Below are positions 18,251 through 32,056 of a DNA stretch of 64,000 nt, one piece after another. This DNA comes from Camelus dromedarius. Its lineage: Eukaryota. The stretch spans positions 10,540,001 to 10,604,000 of the forward strand of contig NC_087462.1 of NCBI RefSeq assembly GCF_036321535.1, read 5' to 3'. The stretch's first letter is position 1; each line of letters opens with the position of its first letter. Position numbers and translations under genes: made by a program. The notes beneath the pieces are model-generated. The model saw only the letters and a list, made by a program, of their open reading frames with translations, had not been told where the DNA came from and ran no database searches.

Positions 18251-19369
18251 GGAGGAACTCAATAATGGCTAGGTGAGCTACTGAAAGAGCAGGGCCACTA
18301 GGAGGAGTGCCTCCTCCCTGCACCCTCTGCTAGAGTGTGATAAGGCGCCCAGGGCACTAGGAGAAGGTGGCAGCATTGATTAGAAGGGTTTTTATGGATC
18401 TTGGTTTGAAAGGGAAGGGAGCTTACACCTCCTTTACTCTATTTTGTTTCCTTCCCAGCAGTTACCCCTTTCCAGGATGATCTTGTTCATTCTTTTGCTC
18501 CCCTCTTCCCTCAACTCTGCTCCATCCTGGAAATAATGTTGCCTGTTTTGTCCCCACCACGTCCTTGAATGATGCCTAGGGCCTATAGGATGAATGAATA
18601 ATTGGATTAATTAATGGATAAATGAGTGGGACATTGGCTTTTGGAGGTAGCTAACACTGGAAGAGGTAACTGGCTTTTGGAGGTAACTTGTCAGATAAGA
18701 AATCTGAAGTCACCTTCTACAGGAAGCCCTCTCTGACCTTCCCAAGGTAAGGCCAGGTGTCCTGATGGGCTGCACTCTTGGTAAGATGAACCTCTACTTC
18801 CTAACTGATTTACTTGTGTCTGTGCCATCAGTTGACTTATCTTTGCCTCGCCCACTAGACTGGAAGACCCTCAAAGTCTAGAGAGGATATGTTGTTTCTC
18901 ACTGTTTTAGCTCCGAGACCTGCATAGTGCCTGGAAGGAACGGGGTAGGGGGGAGGATTCAGGGTAATCATTGTGGAAGGAAGGAAGGAAGGGAGGAAGG
19001 GAGGCTGGCTAGCCAGCCAGAAGAGGTGAAAGGGCAATGGGAATATGTAAGAAATTGTCTGAGAAGGAAAATCACATAAACCTTGCACCAGTCCTGGTTC
19101 TATCCCCGTCCATCTCTGAACCTCAGTGTGTTTATCTGCACAGCGAAGTCACTTGCCTATCCAGCCCCACCTCTGTTAATAGGGGCAGGAGGAACTGTAG
19201 TCAACAACAGCAACAATACAAATAAACAACTAAAATAAACAAATATAAAGTAATGACACCAACAATTATGATAATAATAATGGATGACAAGTGTCACAAG
19301 TGCAGGCAAACACTTGACACGTACTTAATCCTCACATCAGCCTTATGAAACAAATACTCTGATCTTTGG

Positions 19370-19990
19370 AGGCCGTGTCATTGGCTGCATACAGGGTTGC
19401 ATTTGTCCTGTCTTCCTGGTGAACTGAACTTTTTATTGTGATGACATGGCTGCTCTTTATCTCCATGCTTCTTGACTTAGAGTGGACTTTGGTATAAAGA
19501 TCACACATCTGTTCTCTTTTGGGTCATGTCTCCAATGCTCCATTCTTTTCTACCCTTTACCTTCCACTGTTATGTATCCTTATGTTCTTCTCATATCCCT
19601 CTTCAGAAGCATAGAACTGGGTTTTACTTTTTGATTCATTCTGCCCATCTTTGCCTTTTAAAAAAATAATGCAACTCTTTTAATATGTATTTTTATTTTG
19701 GGGGGAGTAATTAGGTTTATTTATTTGTTTGTTTATTGGAGGTATTGGGGACTGAACCTTGTTCATGCTCAGCAGCTAGTCTACCACTCTAGGGGAGGAA
19801 GCTATACCCTCCCCCATGTTTGCCTTTTAACTGGAACATTTGATCTGTTTACATTTAATGTAATAATGGATATATTTGGACTTAAATCTGCCTTCCTAAG
19901 TGTTTTTTCTCTGTCCCACATACTCTATGTTTCTTTTCTCTCTCTTGCTTTCTTTAGGATTGAATGTGTATGTTTTGGTAAGACTCTTAT
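19370..19990 (-). mobile_element. Ancient LINE-1 ORF2 fragment (antisense), split by a SINE
   Basis: T-rich L1-like sequence (CATTTGATCTGTTTACATTTAATGTAATAATGGATATATTTGG). Confidence 0.6.
19662..19818 (-). mobile_element. tRNA-derived SINE (Vic-1-like) with a 12-bp TSD, inserted in an old L1
   Basis: TSD TTTGCCTTTTAA at 19650-19661 and 19819-19830; degenerate head GGGGAGGGTATAGC and CCTAATTAC tail on the minus strand. Confidence 0.85.
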
Positions 19991-21457
19991 TATCTTCATT
20001 TTACAGATGGGGAAACTGAGGCACTGAGAAATTAATTACCTTGTTCAAGGTTACAGCAATGAAGGGCAAGATGGGCCAGGACTTTTTACCCATTGAGCTA
20101 CTCTTCCAGCCAGGGAGCCAGATATGGCACAAACAAAAATGCAGATAAGTATCTAATTGCAGCTTTGATGAGTGCTATGCAGGAAATAAAACTGAAAAAA
20201 AGTGGCAGAGAAAGGCTTCCTGTTCCCAGACTTAGGTTCCCTGCACAGCTCCCCCAACCAATGTCCACATCACTGGGCTGAGTGAGCATTCCCATCACTT
20301 CCCACCCTCTCCCTCAAGAACACAAAGGAGGAAAATGTTTTCTTCTCTTCACTCCACTGTGCACAAAACATTTGGGGCCAGCCAAGTCCCTTTTGGCCTC
20401 AATGTGCAGCCCCCACCCCTCCCAGGACCCTTGTAAATGTTTCCTGGCCTCCAACAGAGCCCAAGGGACCCACTGAAAAATTTGGTTTCTCCAGACTGGG
20501 CCTCTTCTGCTGCAGCCTGCAGACAGAGCCATAGTTCTGCTTTTCCCAGCAGCTCCCACCCAAGCTCTTCTCAGCACTGGCTGCCGTCTGGCTCACTGAG
20601 CTCCACAATTCTTACAAAGATTACATCCATACTATGTGCTTTCTCACCATCCTGTCTTTGCTCCATGATTCCCTCAGCCCTGAAGGATTGTCAGCACCTG
20701 GAAAACTCCTACTCCTACCTCAAAACCCTATCCAGAGGTACCTGCTTCCTTGCCCTCAGAATAAGTCTTCATACCCTACCCTTTAGTTTCCTCCAGCCTT
20801 GAGTCTCTCCTCCCTGTAGCCCAATACTGTTCCCCTCAGGGCTGGGAGTGTCTGTCTCCCTTCATCCTCCAAGGTTAGGCAGAGACTGGGTACTTTCCAG
20901 ATCCTGAGAATATGGGCCAAACCCAGAGGTGGGTGGCTGGAGGGTTTACTGGACAATTTTTTAAACTGTTTGTTAAACTAAATATATAAGAATCCTGTTC
21001 ATCATTAACTTTTCAAAGCATAGGGGTAATAATACAGTTTATCCTCAGTTTATTGAGGGTTTAGAGTGTGCCAAGACTTGTTGTAAAGAATTAACCTGCA
21101 TGATTGCATAAGATTGAGCCACTTGCCTGAGGCAACCCAGCTAGGATGTGATAGAGCCGGAACTGGAACTCAGATACATTCAGTTTCAGGGCTTTCAAAG
21201 AGTCTTCCATGTGCCCAAGGGCATGTGTGTTTCTCCCAAACTATCAGCAACTTTAAGGGGCAGATGCTATGTTCACCCTGATTTACAGTTAACAAAGTGA
21301 GTCCCAGAAAAATTAGACACATAATGTATAATATACACACATCATAAGACCTCAAGAACTAATGATAATTAATTGCTAACACTTACTGAGCAATTACTAT
21401 TTGCCCCATTTTGCTCATGCATTTACCTTGGGTAATCTCACTTAAAAATGCATCCTC

Positions 21458-21593
21458 GGAGGGGAGGTATAGCTCGACGGTAGAGTGTGTGCTTAGTATG
21501 TACAAGGTCCTAGGTTCAATCCCCAGTACCTCCATTAAAAAAGTAATAATAATAATTAATTAATAAATAAACCAATTACCCCCCCCAAAAAAA
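21458..21593 (+). mobile_element. tRNA-derived SINE (Vic-1-like)
   Basis: GGAGGGGAGGTATAGCTCGACGGTAGAG...GGTCCTAGGTTCAATCCCCAGTACCTCC, an AAT-rich tail, then AATTACCCCCCCC. Confidence 0.85.
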
Positions 21594-21719
21594 GTGTCCT
21601 CATATCAGTACGATATCATATCACAGTTTTCAGAACAGACACAAGGGGACAGTTAGAATGTTTACATAGTTGTGTATATGCATGGGTTAGTTAGATATAC
21701 ATGTAGTTCCTATCTCTCA

Positions 21720-23390
21720 CTGCTGAGAGGGTCTGTAAGCAATAATAACCTGTTAACAATGAGCCAGATCCCAGATATTAGTTTCAAAATACCATCCTCC
21801 AAGACAAGGAACCAGGCTCCCTGGAGAAATGGCTGCTTCCAGGGATATTCCAAAGCAAGCATAGACCATCTTGTGATACCAAAAGTAAGGAAGTATACAG
21901 AGAAAGATGTAAATGTGTTAAAAGGACATAGGAGCTAACTTAAAGGGGCAGGAAAATAAATAATATAAAAAATAATTATAAACCACAGAAGAAAATAAAT
22001 ACTCATGACTTCATAGTGATGTAAATCCTTGAATAAATACATACTTGAGGAGAATGGACAGCTCTTATTTACAATAGAATTCCAATTAATTATTAAATAA
22101 ATTAAAATCACCACTACACAAACACCACAGTGATTGATAATAATTGCTGCCAAGAGTTATGGATGAATGCTAAAACTAGACGGTAAAAAATACGTTAAAA
22201 AAAAACTGGCCAACAACAACAACAACAACAACAAATAACTGGCCAACATCAANNNNNNNNNNNNNNNNNNNNNNNNNNNNNNNNNNNNNNNNNNNNNNNN
22301 NNNNNNNNNNNNNNNNNNNNNNNNNNNNNNNNNNNNNNNNNNNNNNNNNNNNNNNNNNNNNNNNNNNNNNNNNNNNNNNNNNNNNNNNNNNNNNNNNNNN
22401 NNNNNNNNNNNNNNNNNNNCATATATCCAGAAAAGATGAAAACTCTAATCTGAAANNNNNNNNNNNNNNNNNNNNNNNNNNNNNNNNNNNNNNNNNNNNN
22501 NNNNNNNNNNNNNNNNNNNNNNNNNNNNNNNNNNNNNNNNNNNNNNNNNNNNNNNNNNNNNNNNNNNNNNNNNNNNNNNNNNNNNNNNNNNNNNNNNNNN
22601 NNNNNNNNNNNNNNNNNNNNNNNNNNNNNNNNNNNNNNNNNNNNNNNNNNNNAGAAAGTCAGAGAAAGACCAAAGTCGTATGATAACACTTGTATGTGGA
22701 ATCTAAAAAAATGATACAAATGAGCTTATTTACAAAGCAGAAATAGACTCACAGACATAGAAAACAAACTTATGGTTACCAAAGGGGAAAGAGGGGGAGG
22801 GATAAATTAAGAATTTGGGAGTAACATACACACTACTATATATAATACAGATAAATAACAAGGACTCATTGTATAGCACAGGGAACTATATTCAATATCT
22901 GTAATAACCTAGAATGGAAAAGAATATGTATAAATAACTGAATCCCTTTGCTGTACACCTGAAACATTGTAAATCAATTATACCTTATTTTAAAAAAAAA
23001 GTGAGGGTATGTGCATAGTCTCTTAAGTATCTCCCCATAGGATATTTATTAACTGCAAAGGAAAATAGTAACTTCACAGTTGTGAAACCTGTAGATACTG
23101 GCTTAGGCAAGTAATCAAAGTTAACATCACCAATAATAAGACATATCAACATCTCAGTGCCTCCTGATATGATGCATTGACAAGGACACAACATCACTTT
23201 TATGGGAGGCATGCTCAAACGGCTCAATTTCAGTCTAAACATGAGAAAACGAACAAACCCATACTGATGGATATTCTACAAAATCAGCACTCTTCAAAAG
23301 TATTACGGTCATGAAAAATTAGGAAAGACAGGAACTGTCACAGAGTGGAGGAGACTAAGGAGACATGATTAAATGCAACATAGGATCATG
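21720..23390 (+). mobile_element. L1MC-like 3'UTR remnant containing a younger L1 3' end (about 22420-23000) and two N-gaps
   Basis: L1 ORF2-like island IYPEKMKTLI at 22420-22455. Typical L1 3'UTR (GGAATCTAAAAAAATGATACAAATGAGCTTATTTACAAAGCAGAAATAGACTCACAGACATAG) ending in an A-run at about 23000. L1MC-like flanks. Confidence 0.75.
22253..22652. other. Assembly gaps (22253-22419 and 22456-22652) within L1
   Basis: Runs of N. Confidence 0.99.
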
Positions 23391-23599
23391 GCCCCCAAAA
23401 AGGTCACCAAAACTAGAGCAGCGATATTTGAACCCGAATGAGTCTGATTCCTGGCCTGGAAAGCAGAACACCAGGGTCTGTGTCGACCATAGGGCACTGC
23501 ATATGACTTTAGGGGAATGCCTGCTGCCCCCGGGCCTCAGCCTTACTATCTATGAAATGGGATGAATTTCAGTCCTCCTCCCCTCCTTCCTCAGGGCTG

Positions 23600-24330
23600 C
23601 TTCGGAGCGCGGGCTTTGGAAATTACGCAGGCGCGAGAGGGACTGCTTGATTGGCTATTCGTTGTTACGACTGCTCTGACAGAAACTGTCTAAGCCCCAC
23701 CCCTTCCTGCCATACCTCCACGCACTCAAATCGGCCCCGGGTACGTCGCAGCCGCCACTCGCGCTCGCACGCATGGTGCGTGGTGACGTCGCGGCGGCGC
23801 GGGCGCCATCCCGGAAGCGCGAGCAAGGCCGCCAGATGTGCAGGTGCTGCTGCCACCGACGCCCAGGCCGAGTTCGGGGTGGGGCTGGGGACACGGGGGC
23901 CTCTGGGGAGCCGGGCCGGGTTGGGCGCGGCACCCGGGCTGTTGCGGGGTGGGACGCGCCGCTGGCAACATCTGGGCACTCCTGCGCACAGGCCTCAGTT
24001 TCCCTTTTGCTCATTGGACGTGCGGGCGGCGCTGCGGGCCCGATCCTGATCCAGGGAGCGGGAGTTGGGGCCGCGTGTGTTCAGGCAATGCCATGTCACC
24101 TGGAACCGGGCGTTGCCCTGCTTGAGCCTCAGTATCCCCACTTAACAGGGTCGGGGCACGAGGGGATTTGTGAGCCCCAACCCCACTAGGGGGTTTTGCT
24201 GAGCTTGGGCAGCCAAATTAAATTCTGTTAAATGACCGGGGTGAAATCGCGTCGCATCTCCCAACGGTGTGTGACTTTGGGCAACTGAGCCCACCCCTGT
24301 GAGCCCTAGTTGCCCTCGGAGATGACTGTC
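23600..24330 (+). promoter_or_regulatory. KXD1 CpG island/promoter
   Basis: CpG-dense. ATTGG at 23650, CRE-like TGACGTC at 23784-23790, ETS CCGGAAG at 23811. Confidence 0.75.
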
Positions 24331-26486
24331 TGCCTCGTAAGAGTGATTGCGGATTAAATGAAGTGCTATACAAGTGTTTGTTCATATTTTTGGAAGCACT
24401 GGGGAGGCCCTCATTAGAAAACTGACTTCTGGCCCCTCCCTAGGACTTCATTACACTTCTCTTGGAGAAACTACCTGCTCCCACCCAGCGCCTCTTATCG
24501 CTATTGGTTGACACAGACAGCATTGTGAGATTCTGATTCTTTGTTATTCCTATTTTCTGGACGAGAAAACGGATCTGGGAGGTGAGGTGACTCTCCCAAG
24601 GTCACACAACCTCGTCTCTGCGTTTTTCCCCCGTAAATATATTTGGAACAGGTACCAGAGCCCATGCTGGGTCATTTCCACCCTGTATGTGGGCCAGACT
24701 AGCTGTTAGGGAAGGCTTCTTGCAAGCAGCAGCTGGTGGGGGAGTGTGCCTGGAATCCCTTAGCTCTCATACCTGGGAACCAGAGACAGGGAAGAGCCCT
24801 ACTATGAAGCAGAACCGTTTCCCACAGGCTCAAAGCCTGCACCTTCCAAACTTAAGCTGTGGGGCTCCCACCATGTGACTCTGTCCTTTCAGAGCCCAAG
24901 AGCCCTCTTTATACATGATCATCTTCGGAAATGTAGAGGCTGTGGATATCAATACCTGGCACATAGTAGGAGTAAGCATGGTGATTATTGGGTTGGGGGC
25001 GGATTTCATTAGGTGTGGCAGTTTATCGCCAGTAGGCATGTAGAGGCTGTAAACCTCCAGCCAGATTCAGGGCACAAATAGATGTATATTCTTGGCCTCC
25101 ATGGTGTTTGGGGGAAAAAACTATTAAATGCTAACATTTTTAAATAAGGCTATCTCAGAGGACAAAAAAATCTGCACTTCAGTTTTTTTCTGGAAAAAAT
25201 CAGAAATCTGGCAGGAATCAGCTGCTGTTAAGAGGCAGCTGTCCAGTCACAGGTGGATACTGAACATCTGTTCAGAGTCACATGTTTGTGGATCTGGTGG
25301 ACCATGGGCGTTTGAGTTGTGACTTGGGCTCGCTGGCTGTGTGACCACGGTTTAGTTCCTTAGTCTCTGAGCCTCAGTTTTCTCATATATAAGTAAGGAT
25401 GATAACAATTGCCAGTGTTTGAAATTGGTGTCTTGTTTAGCATACAGTAGGAGCTCAATAAAGAGGAGGGTAGATTAAGTGGGCTCTAAAAGCCCTTCCC
25501 AATCCTGTGTGTGAATCATAAAACAGTTACAAGTAGGCCTTCCTGTTGGCCGTTAAATGTGCAGACCCCAGAGCCAAGCTGCATCGATTCTGGGTTTTTC
25601 CTGAACTCCCTCAGGAGCGTCAGTGCTGAAGCTGTGGCCCCTCCTGCTCTCACATATTCCGGCAGCCCCCTTGCCCCGCTGGGGTGGCATCTGCATGCCA
25701 GGGAAGCTGGGAGCTACAGAGCAATCTGGGTTGTTGAGCCCCACAGCCTGGCTGCCAGTACCTGAAATTCTTGGCTTTAACTTGCTGATGTAAGTCTTAG
25801 CTTCAGAGCCGAGTTTGAAAGTTTTTTTTGCCTCCACCAAACTAAATTCTGGCAGTTTCTTGCTGTAAACTGGGTTCTGGGCTGGGCTCTGGAGACAGAG
25901 CAGTGAGCAAGAGAGACATGCCTCTGTTCTACTGGAGTTGACGTTGCTGTGGGGGTGACAGGCAAATGGGTCAACTGATGACTAAGATAATTTCAGGAAG
26001 AGATGGACCAGGGGAGCAAGTAAAACAAGGTGAAGTAATAAGAATGACCAGAGTAGGGGCAGTCATCAAAGACCTCTTGAGAGAGAAGGCATTGGAGAGG
26101 GTGATGATTTGTGGGGGCAGCCATGTATGTTCTACTAGTGGGGCCAGCAGGTGCAAAGGCCCTGTGGTGGCAGAGGCAGGGGGATATGGGAAGAGGGTGG
26201 CAGATCTACAGAGGAAGGTGCCTGTGGCCTTGGGCTTATGGAAAGTGGTGGGGTGTGGAGGTGGGAGGGATGATGGGATTCTGATGTGCATGGGTGCAAG
26301 TTATAAATATGAATTCCTGTGGTTCTCAAAACATCCCTGAATTCCTGGCATGACAAAGGTGAGGCTCAGGTAGCATGGCCTGCAGGGTTCCCAGCCCCTC
26401 CTCTCTGTCCCACCTCCCCTATTTCCTGGTGCAGACTGAAGACTCTTTCTTCCTGCCTGTTTCAGGCAGCGGAGGAGGAAGAAGAG

Positions 26487-29400
26487 ATGGACCCCCCAGA
26501 CTCGGCCTCGAGGGTCTTCTGCAGCCGCATCCTGAGCATGGTGAATGCAGACGATGTCAACGCCATCATCCTGGCCCAGAAGAACATGTGAGTGGTGGCC
26601 AAGGGAGGGCCCTGGGCCCCCGGTGTGGGAAGGAATCCACTCGCTGGTTAGCATTCTTGTCCTGCCCGCCTCTACCCCGGGCCCACACTGGTGATAAAAT
26701 GAAGGAAATGAGCAAATCTCCTGGCTGGCTCCAAAGTAAATTCCATCCTGGCCTGGAGGCGAGGCCTTGGCATGGGAAGCGGGGCTCTGGGACAGTTTTG
26801 CAGCTGTGGATAGTTTGGCGGGGCCGCAGCAGCTCCTGTCCCGAGGCCTGGAGTGGGGAGTGTCAGAAGGATAAGGAAGGGGCTGCTGGGGGGTTTCAGG
26901 GGGCCAGTGAGCTGACTTCCTCTTAGGAACCTGTTCTCTCAGAGCCTAGGCTGTCTCTGCAGAGCTCCTGGGGTCACTTGCAAGGGCCTTGAGTGGCTTT
27001 TGACCTCCCTGAGGCTTGGCTCTGTGGCTGCTGCAGCCTCACCCTAATTCCGGCCTGCTCTGTGGGGAGGAAGGACTGGCACACCACTGGGGTGGCAGCA
27101 CAGTCTCCTAGGGCTTCATTTTTGTGTTTTTAAGCTGAAGGCTCTTCCTTCCATTTGTGACATGGCACAGACCTGATACCTTACCTTTCTCGTCCTGTGA
27201 CAGGAATGCTGGATATGGCTGGGTCTCAGTAATACCAATCTCGCTTGTAGTTCTTTAGGTCAGATTCAGACCTGGCTCTGTGGAACCCCCAGATGGAGGG
27301 GAGACAAAATAGACTTGAACTTCCCTGGTCTTATGGCGTCAGGGCTGGGTCAGAGAAACAGCTTGGGGCTAGGGGAGTCAGGAAAGTCAAGGAGTCTGCT
27401 GAAGGGAGAGGGTGAAGTACACACTTGAGTAGGGTTTTGAAAGCTGAACAGCAGTTTGCTAGATGGCTCAAACAGCAGATAGAGCTCCACAGGACATGAG
27501 AATGGTACATGAAAGGGCTTAGCACAATCAGCTGGCAGGGCCCTGGAGGAGTCAGTGCCCTCTTTCTGCTGCCAGGCTGGACCGCTTTGAGAAGACCAAC
27601 GAGATGCTGCTGAACTTCAACAACCTGTCGAGTGCCCGCCTGCAGCAGATGAGTGAGCGCTTCCTGCACCACACAAGGACCCTGGTGGAGATGAAACGGG
27701 ACCTGGACAGCATCTTCCGCAGGATCAGGTAGGTGCTCAGCCTCCTCCTCCCACGTGGAGCCTCGGGTTCCTCCCCTCTTTAGTGAGGGCCATCCTCTCC
27801 AAGTATCAGGGCGGTGGGGAGATTTAGCTTGTTTGCTTTCCTAGGCTTCATCACACACTTAGTATTGGAGAAGACCTGAAAATTTTGGGAGTTTCTGACT
27901 TTAAATTTTATTTCTCTTTTGAAAATGCAATGTAGCGCCCAATTCATAATGCAAAAGGCAGGCAGGAGCAGCCAGTAAAAGGCTAGCTTCCTGTCCCCTT
28001 TGGTGCCCACCCAGTTCTTCTCTCAAGAGCAAGTGAGATTGCCAGGTTTATGGGTCCTTCTTGACCTGGTTTCCACGAGGACAGGGAAAGATGATGTCCA
28101 AGTCCCCAGCCACACAGAATGCTTGGCCTGGCACCCGGAGCTTGCATCATCACTGCTGCTGTGAACAGCTGTGGCTGGGCACCCAGGCCTGGACCAAGCT
28201 GGTGCCGCAGCTGCGCTCCCAGCCAATTGTGCCATTTCCTCTGTTCCGGGGACAACTGCACCCGCTCACAGAGCAGGTGCCACAGATTGAGGGGAACGTG
28301 TTTCCTTGAGCAAGTTCTGTGCAGAAATCACAAGACAGGCCAGTTAAATCCTTTATAAAATCATATCTTTTTTGGGGTATCTCAGCAGGTGGGCTGCCCA
28401 CCTGTGGTGTTGCAGGGGTAGGGGTAGAGCAGGAACCCCAAGGGGCGACATCTTTTGTATGTGTCTGTATCACTCAGGAAGGAGGTAAGTGGGTCCACCC
28501 AGGCAGGGACCCAGCAGCAGTGGTACTTCTGTGGAGAGGAGGGCATAGTCAAGGGTGAGATGCTGCTCTGAAGACCCTTTTGTAATTCCTTGTAAACAGG
28601 ACTGCATTACTTCAGGTGAAAAGGAAAAAAACAGTAGGTTAAACATGGAAGCGGGTGCTTCTCCATGAACTTCAGTTTAATGAGTGCCATTATTTGGTAT
28701 TTGAGGTGTGGACAGTCAGCACTCCTGGCCCCCACACAGGCATCCTTACCCCGGGGATGGAGAGACAGCTTGGGATGAGTCACCCAGAGGAGTGCCTGTT
28801 GAGAGAGGAAGGGGAGCTTCCTGGAAGGTTGAAGAGTTTTAGACATAAGGCATTGCAGGTAGAGGGCCCAGCCAGCCCACAGACCCAGTACTGAGGATAC
28901 ATGGAAAGTGTGGGACAGCTGAGTAGCTGCTCTCCATCCTGGGGGTGGGAGTTCCTCAGGGCCAAGTGCCTGGGCCTCCCTCCAGCTGGGGAGCAGAGTG
29001 TGACCAGCAGTGAGGGGGAGTTCCCCCCCCCACATCTGCCCAGAACTGGCAGCAAGGGTTCCTGCCTGCACCAGGCCCAGCCTGTCCACTTGGCAGATTC
29101 AGCCCTGTGTGCCTTCCCTTCCCCTGCAGGACACTGAAAGGGAAGCTGGCCAGGCAGCACCCGGAGGCCTTCAGCCGTAAGTGTCACCTAGAGCTCCTGC
29201 GTCCTGCGTCTGGGCTCTGTGCCCTTGGATGCCAATGCCCTCGGCCCAGGGCTGGCTTCTGGATGGTCACCTCAGGGGTTGCCACCAAGCCTAGGCCTTC
29301 ATGGGCAGTGGGTCTGGAGAGACCTGGGACAGGGGTTGGTGGGTGGGGGTGCTGGCCTACCCTTGGCAGCCTGCAGAGCAGCTGCTGGGACCAGGCTCTC

Positions 29401-30240
29401 TTCCCTGAGGGGAGGTCACACAAGGGAATGTGGACAAGGATGATGACAGTCTTTGGCCTAGTGAGTGCCATGTACCCCTAAAAGCCAGGCTGTTACCACG
29501 CCCACCTGCGAGGTGGGAAATGTGAATATCCCCACTTCACATGGGGGACTGAGGCCCAGAGGGGCAGTGACTTGTCAAGAGGAAGTGCAATGTCCGCCAC
29601 ACTGAGCTTCAATTTACCCACGGCTGAATGGGCCAATAGCTTCCCACTCCATGACTGCTGACAACCACAGGCACAGAGGCAATGCTGTCATTCCCAGTTT
29701 ATAGAGCAGGGAGCTGAGGCATGGGCAGGTGAAGGGCCTGGCCCAGGTGACACAGTCCAGAGGGCAGAGCCAGGCTCAGGCTTATTCCCAGATCCATGTA
29801 GGTCTGATCCCAGAGAACCTGGGTCCTTACCTCATCTCTCCTTGAAGGGAGGCCTCTTACCTGCCTTGGCCTCAGTTTCCTCCTCTGTGAAATGGACTAA
29901 GTCATGTCCTGTGGTGTGGGGGGAGCTGTCATGGGTCATGGGCCCAGTTAATCCCTCATCACACTGCCTGCCATGATGACTAAGCCAACTCCTGGGCCTC
30001 CTTCCCCCAGACATCCCAGAAGCATCCCTCCTGGAGGATGAGGATGAAGACCCCATCCCACCTAGCACCACAACAACCATTGCCACCTCGGAACAGAGCA
30101 CAGGCTCATGCGACACCAGCCCCGACACTGTCTCGCCCTCCCTCAGCCCCGGCTTCGAGGACCTGTCCCATGTCCGGTCCAGCTCCCCTGCCATCAATGG
30201 CCGCAGCCATACAGATGACGAGGAGACGCCGGGCGAGTAG
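26487..30240 (+). CDS. KXD1: KxDL motif-containing protein 1 (BORC subunit), 176 aa
   Basis: Coding exons 26487-26587, 27576-27728, 29130-29176, 30011-30240 total 531 nt. Protein [48 protein letters not shown]...[32 protein letters not shown]...DDEETPGE*. Confidence 0.97.
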
Positions 30241-30950
30241 CCCTGCTCCCAGGAGCTTGGTAGGGTCTCAGGGCAGCGGCAGCACCACTCCCCAGATGTC
30301 TGAGGTGGCAGCGGGTAACTCTGCCTCGAGACAGTCAGCTTTGCCACCCTGTTTTGTCATTTGGAGCTCCCTGGGGGACAAGGCTCCCTTGCTGGGGTAT
30401 GGAATTCCTGGGATCTAGCATTCCCATTCTAAGAACATCTCTCCTCGACCCCTCTGCCAGGTCAGGGAGTCCAGCCCAGCTGGAGTCACTGGGTTGGGTG
30501 CAAGGGAGCTTTTCCAGAGCCAGGCCTGAGGTCTACTCTGAACAACACTTAAAGGTTCCCAGAGACGAGAGTCAGATGCCCCCTGACCCAGCACCCTGGC
30601 CAGGACTTCTTCAAAGTAGACAAGCACTGTCCTGTCTGAGTTCACCCCAGTCCACCCCTGTACCTACTAATTCTGGTCTCCTTGCCCCTTCCTCCAATGA
30701 AAGTATGAAATACTTTCCCCAGTCTCAAGGAGGTTTCTAAGAGAGTCATAGAAGGCTCAAGACAGGTTAGCCAGCCACTCAGCCCAGAGCCTGAGGTAAG
30801 GCCCATGTTTCTCTGACCAGAAGTGTGTACCCTGAGGGCCCAGCAGGCCTCTCCTGGGGCCTTCATGGAGCAAGCCGATCCACCTTGGAAAACAGAGTTA
30901 AGTGGAATATTTTTGTAACCGATGTTTACAGATGCTGTTGGGAAGTTATC

Positions 30951-30956
30951 AATAAA
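30951..30956 (+). terminator. KXD1 polyadenylation signal AATAAA
   Basis: AATAAA about 710 nt after the stop codon. Confidence 0.75.
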
Positions 30957-32024
30957 AAGACTCTGTTACTAAAAAGGGAAAGGTATACCTATTAGTGGCT
31001 TCCTTCCATCCTTGGGCTGAGCAGCCCAGAAGGTGGACAAGTGCTGGATGTGGACAGGACAGTTATGGACAGCCAGGCACCACTGGGCTAGAAAAAAACA
31101 TACATGGCTGCTTTGGGTGGGAGTCTCCTGCGATGGCCATATAACCAATAACCAATAACCCCACCTCCTATCACCATCTAGGCCTTCCAACATACTATTC
31201 CCACTGCTTGAAACATTCACTTATCTACTAGAATAACTCATCCTCCACTCAGCCCCAGAGTGGGCCCCTCAGGAAGCTAGACTGGGTCCGTTCCCCATGA
31301 GATACTCAGAGTCCCTTCATCTTTGAAGCATCTAGAAATTATTAAAGGCATCTTCCCAGACCTCAGAATGCCTGCTTTTGCCTGGTCCATAGGGGGCGCT
31401 GGGAAGTGTTCAAGGCAATAATAAGGTATGCCGCCAAACCCACAGTAACTTCACATCCTCACCTCTTTCCGGTGCCCCGTACTTTTTAGCCACCCACAAA
31501 TCTCCGTCCTATATCCAAAACAGACCTGGTCCCACCCCATTTCCTTGAGTGAAAGCACCTGCCCCACCTGCTCTCCCTGCTTCTGTACGCACCCGCCCTG
31601 AAATTCATCTGCAAAGCGGCCAGAGAGCCTCCATGGCTCTCAGGGTCTCGCACGTTCGGCCCCTGCGTCCTGGAACCGCAGACCCTTTGCTTTAGCACAA
31701 AACAATCTCCTCTACTCTGTTCAAGTATTTCCAGAGTACCCGCTATGTGCCGGCAGTCCTCAACCGGCCTGGAGGCAGCGGGCAGAAACACCTGGAAAGG
31801 TGCAGCAGTCTTCCTATGTGACCCGACAGGCGGGGCTCACACCCGGATGCAGATGGGCGACGGTCGCCCACAGGCGCTGCGGCTTCGTTCGCCAGCACCC
31901 AACATGGTAGCGGGGCGGGGCCGAGGGCGGGGCACGACGCGTGGCGCAGATTGTGACGCAGGCACGCAGCATGCTCGGTGCGCAAGCGCTTTCGGCGGCG
32001 AATCGGCGGTTTCCGGTTCCGCCG

Positions 32025-32056
32025 CCCTCTTTCTCTTCAACGAGGCGGCTGAGCAG
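32025..32056 (+). promoter_or_regulatory. UBA52: UBA52 5'TOP/TCT initiator and non-coding exon 1
   Basis: Pyrimidine tract CCCTCTTTCTCTTC at 32025-32038, typical of ribosomal protein gene starts. Tandem ETS-like TTCCGGTTCCG lies just upstream. Probable donor CAG|GTTGGT at 32056/32057. CpG island about 31600-32350. Confidence 0.8.

Noticed and set aside
27790-28760. Possible hAT-type DNA transposon remnants in KXD1 intron 3 (similar patches at about 25070-25280 and 33700-33980)
   Set aside because: AT-rich and repeat-like, but I could not find TIRs or assign a family without a database.
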